From a virus: a stretch of 22,856 bases of DNA. The DNA lies in IMG/VR virus record IMGVR_UViG_3300031991_000033; one strand, given 5' to 3'. Shown piece by piece: positions 21,837 through 22,856 of the stretch (the first letter of the stretch is position 1; the number at the start of each line of letters is the position of its first letter). Made by a program: the position numbers and the translations under genes. The notes below the pieces were generated by a model, which had not been told where the DNA came from, searched no databases, and was given only the letters and a program-made list of their open reading frames with translations.

Positions 21837-22856
21837 ATGAAGGGTATTATCCTAGCAGGAGGTTTGGGGACTCGTTTGCATCCTTTGACCAAAGTAACCA
21901 ACAAGTGCTTGCTCCCAATTTACAACAAGCCAATGATCTACTATCCAATCCAATTATAATGGTAGACGCCGGAATGGATGACATCCTTCTGGTATGCGGC
22001 GGCAACTCGGTTGGAGAGTTTCTACGGGTGCTCGGAAACGGTGAAGAGTTTGGACTAAAGGGTCTAACCTATCGAGTTCAGAGCGAGCCACGAGGTATCG
22101 CCGATGCTCTCAGTTTGGCGGAAGATTGGGCTGGCGACGACAGCATTTGCGTATTGTTGTCTGACAACATCTTTGAAGACAACATTAAGCCTGCTGTAGA
22201 TCGGTTTGTTTCTGGTGCTCAGGTATTTCTATCGAAGGTCGCACATCCAGAACATTACGGTGTTGCAGAAATTGCAGCCAATGATCAAGTTGTTTCGATT
22301 GTCGAAAAGCCAAAACAACCCAAGTCGAATTGGGCTGTTACCGGCTTGTACATGTACGACAACACAGTCTGGGATTTCATTAAGACTCTTGAGCCATCGG
22401 CTCGTGGTGAACTTGAAATCACAGACGTGAACAACCATTACTTGCGTGAAGGTCAGTTACAAGCTCATAAACTCACTGGCTGGTGGGCTGACTGTGGTGA
22501 AAACTTTGACGGTTATCTTGACGCTTGCAACAAAGTACAAAGTTGGGAAACCAAAAAGAAGTGTACTGGATTTCCACAAGACGACGAGTATTCAATTCAT
22601 CAGGGATCGCCTTGTGAAGCAAATCTTGAAAGCTATTACAATGCACAGTTCGTTCAGAACGAGCGTCTTGAAGATCGATGCTTTGATGGCAAGACTGTTG
22701 GATATGACAGTGTGAGTCACACGCCATTCATAAGCGGCACGATGACTGGTACTGTGTATCAAGGAAAAGTTGCGATTCAAACGTTTGTTGTTGACACCAA
22801 GGGAGAATTTGTGTTTACTGAGATTGGTGTTCCAAATGTTAAAGCCTTGAAGGGTT
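21837..22856 (+). CDS. rmlA: Glucose-1-phosphate thymidylyltransferase-like (RmlA/SpsI) protein, frameshifted at about 21957, with C-terminal extension running off window
   Basis: [38 protein letters not shown], then from 21959 ..[41 protein letters not shown]. Confidence 0.85.

Noticed and set aside
22206-22780. Short ORFs listed in the track at the right end
   Set aside because: They overlap the RmlA-like frame, which is open from 21959 to the window edge.
1-22856. Stop-codon reassignment
   Set aside because: TAA, TAG and TGA all end well-formed genes, no suppressor tRNA was seen, and the breaks in frr and rmlA are frameshifts.

Overview
This window looks like part of a large (jumbo, loosely T4-like) phage genome using the standard genetic code. 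Support: dense short ORFs, an Mre11/gp47-like nuclease, two proteins with T4-type capsid-targeting N-termini, a T4-like late promoter, and a tRNA array lacking encoded CCA. Left part (1-8.2 kb): glycosyltransferase-like gene, SbcD/Mre11 nuclease with a 57-bp tandem duplication over its start, a Gly/Pro/Met-rich protein, and a RiPP-like block (2OG-Fe(II) oxygenase, methyltransferase, acidic peptide, radical SAM/SPASM, adenylate-forming ligase, ClpP, methyltransferase), then cspA. Centre (8.2-17.9 kb): a translation island with about 16 tRNAs for only Leu, Ser, Phe and Tyr, two aberrant tRNA-like RNAs, an SRP-RNA helix-8 motif, YqeY and a half-size LeuRS. Strongest finding: the island is headed by a classical leader-peptide attenuator whose 13-codon core contains only Leu/Ser/Phe/Tyr codons, matching the array's anticodons. 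Second: four tRNA-Leu genes lacking the long variable arm flank the minimal LeuRS. A 425-bp inversion breaks two tRNA acceptor stems. Right part: small genes, MazG, frameshifted frr and rmlA-like genes (possibly sequence errors), and a 120-nt structured RNA candidate. All calls were made by eye with no database searches.
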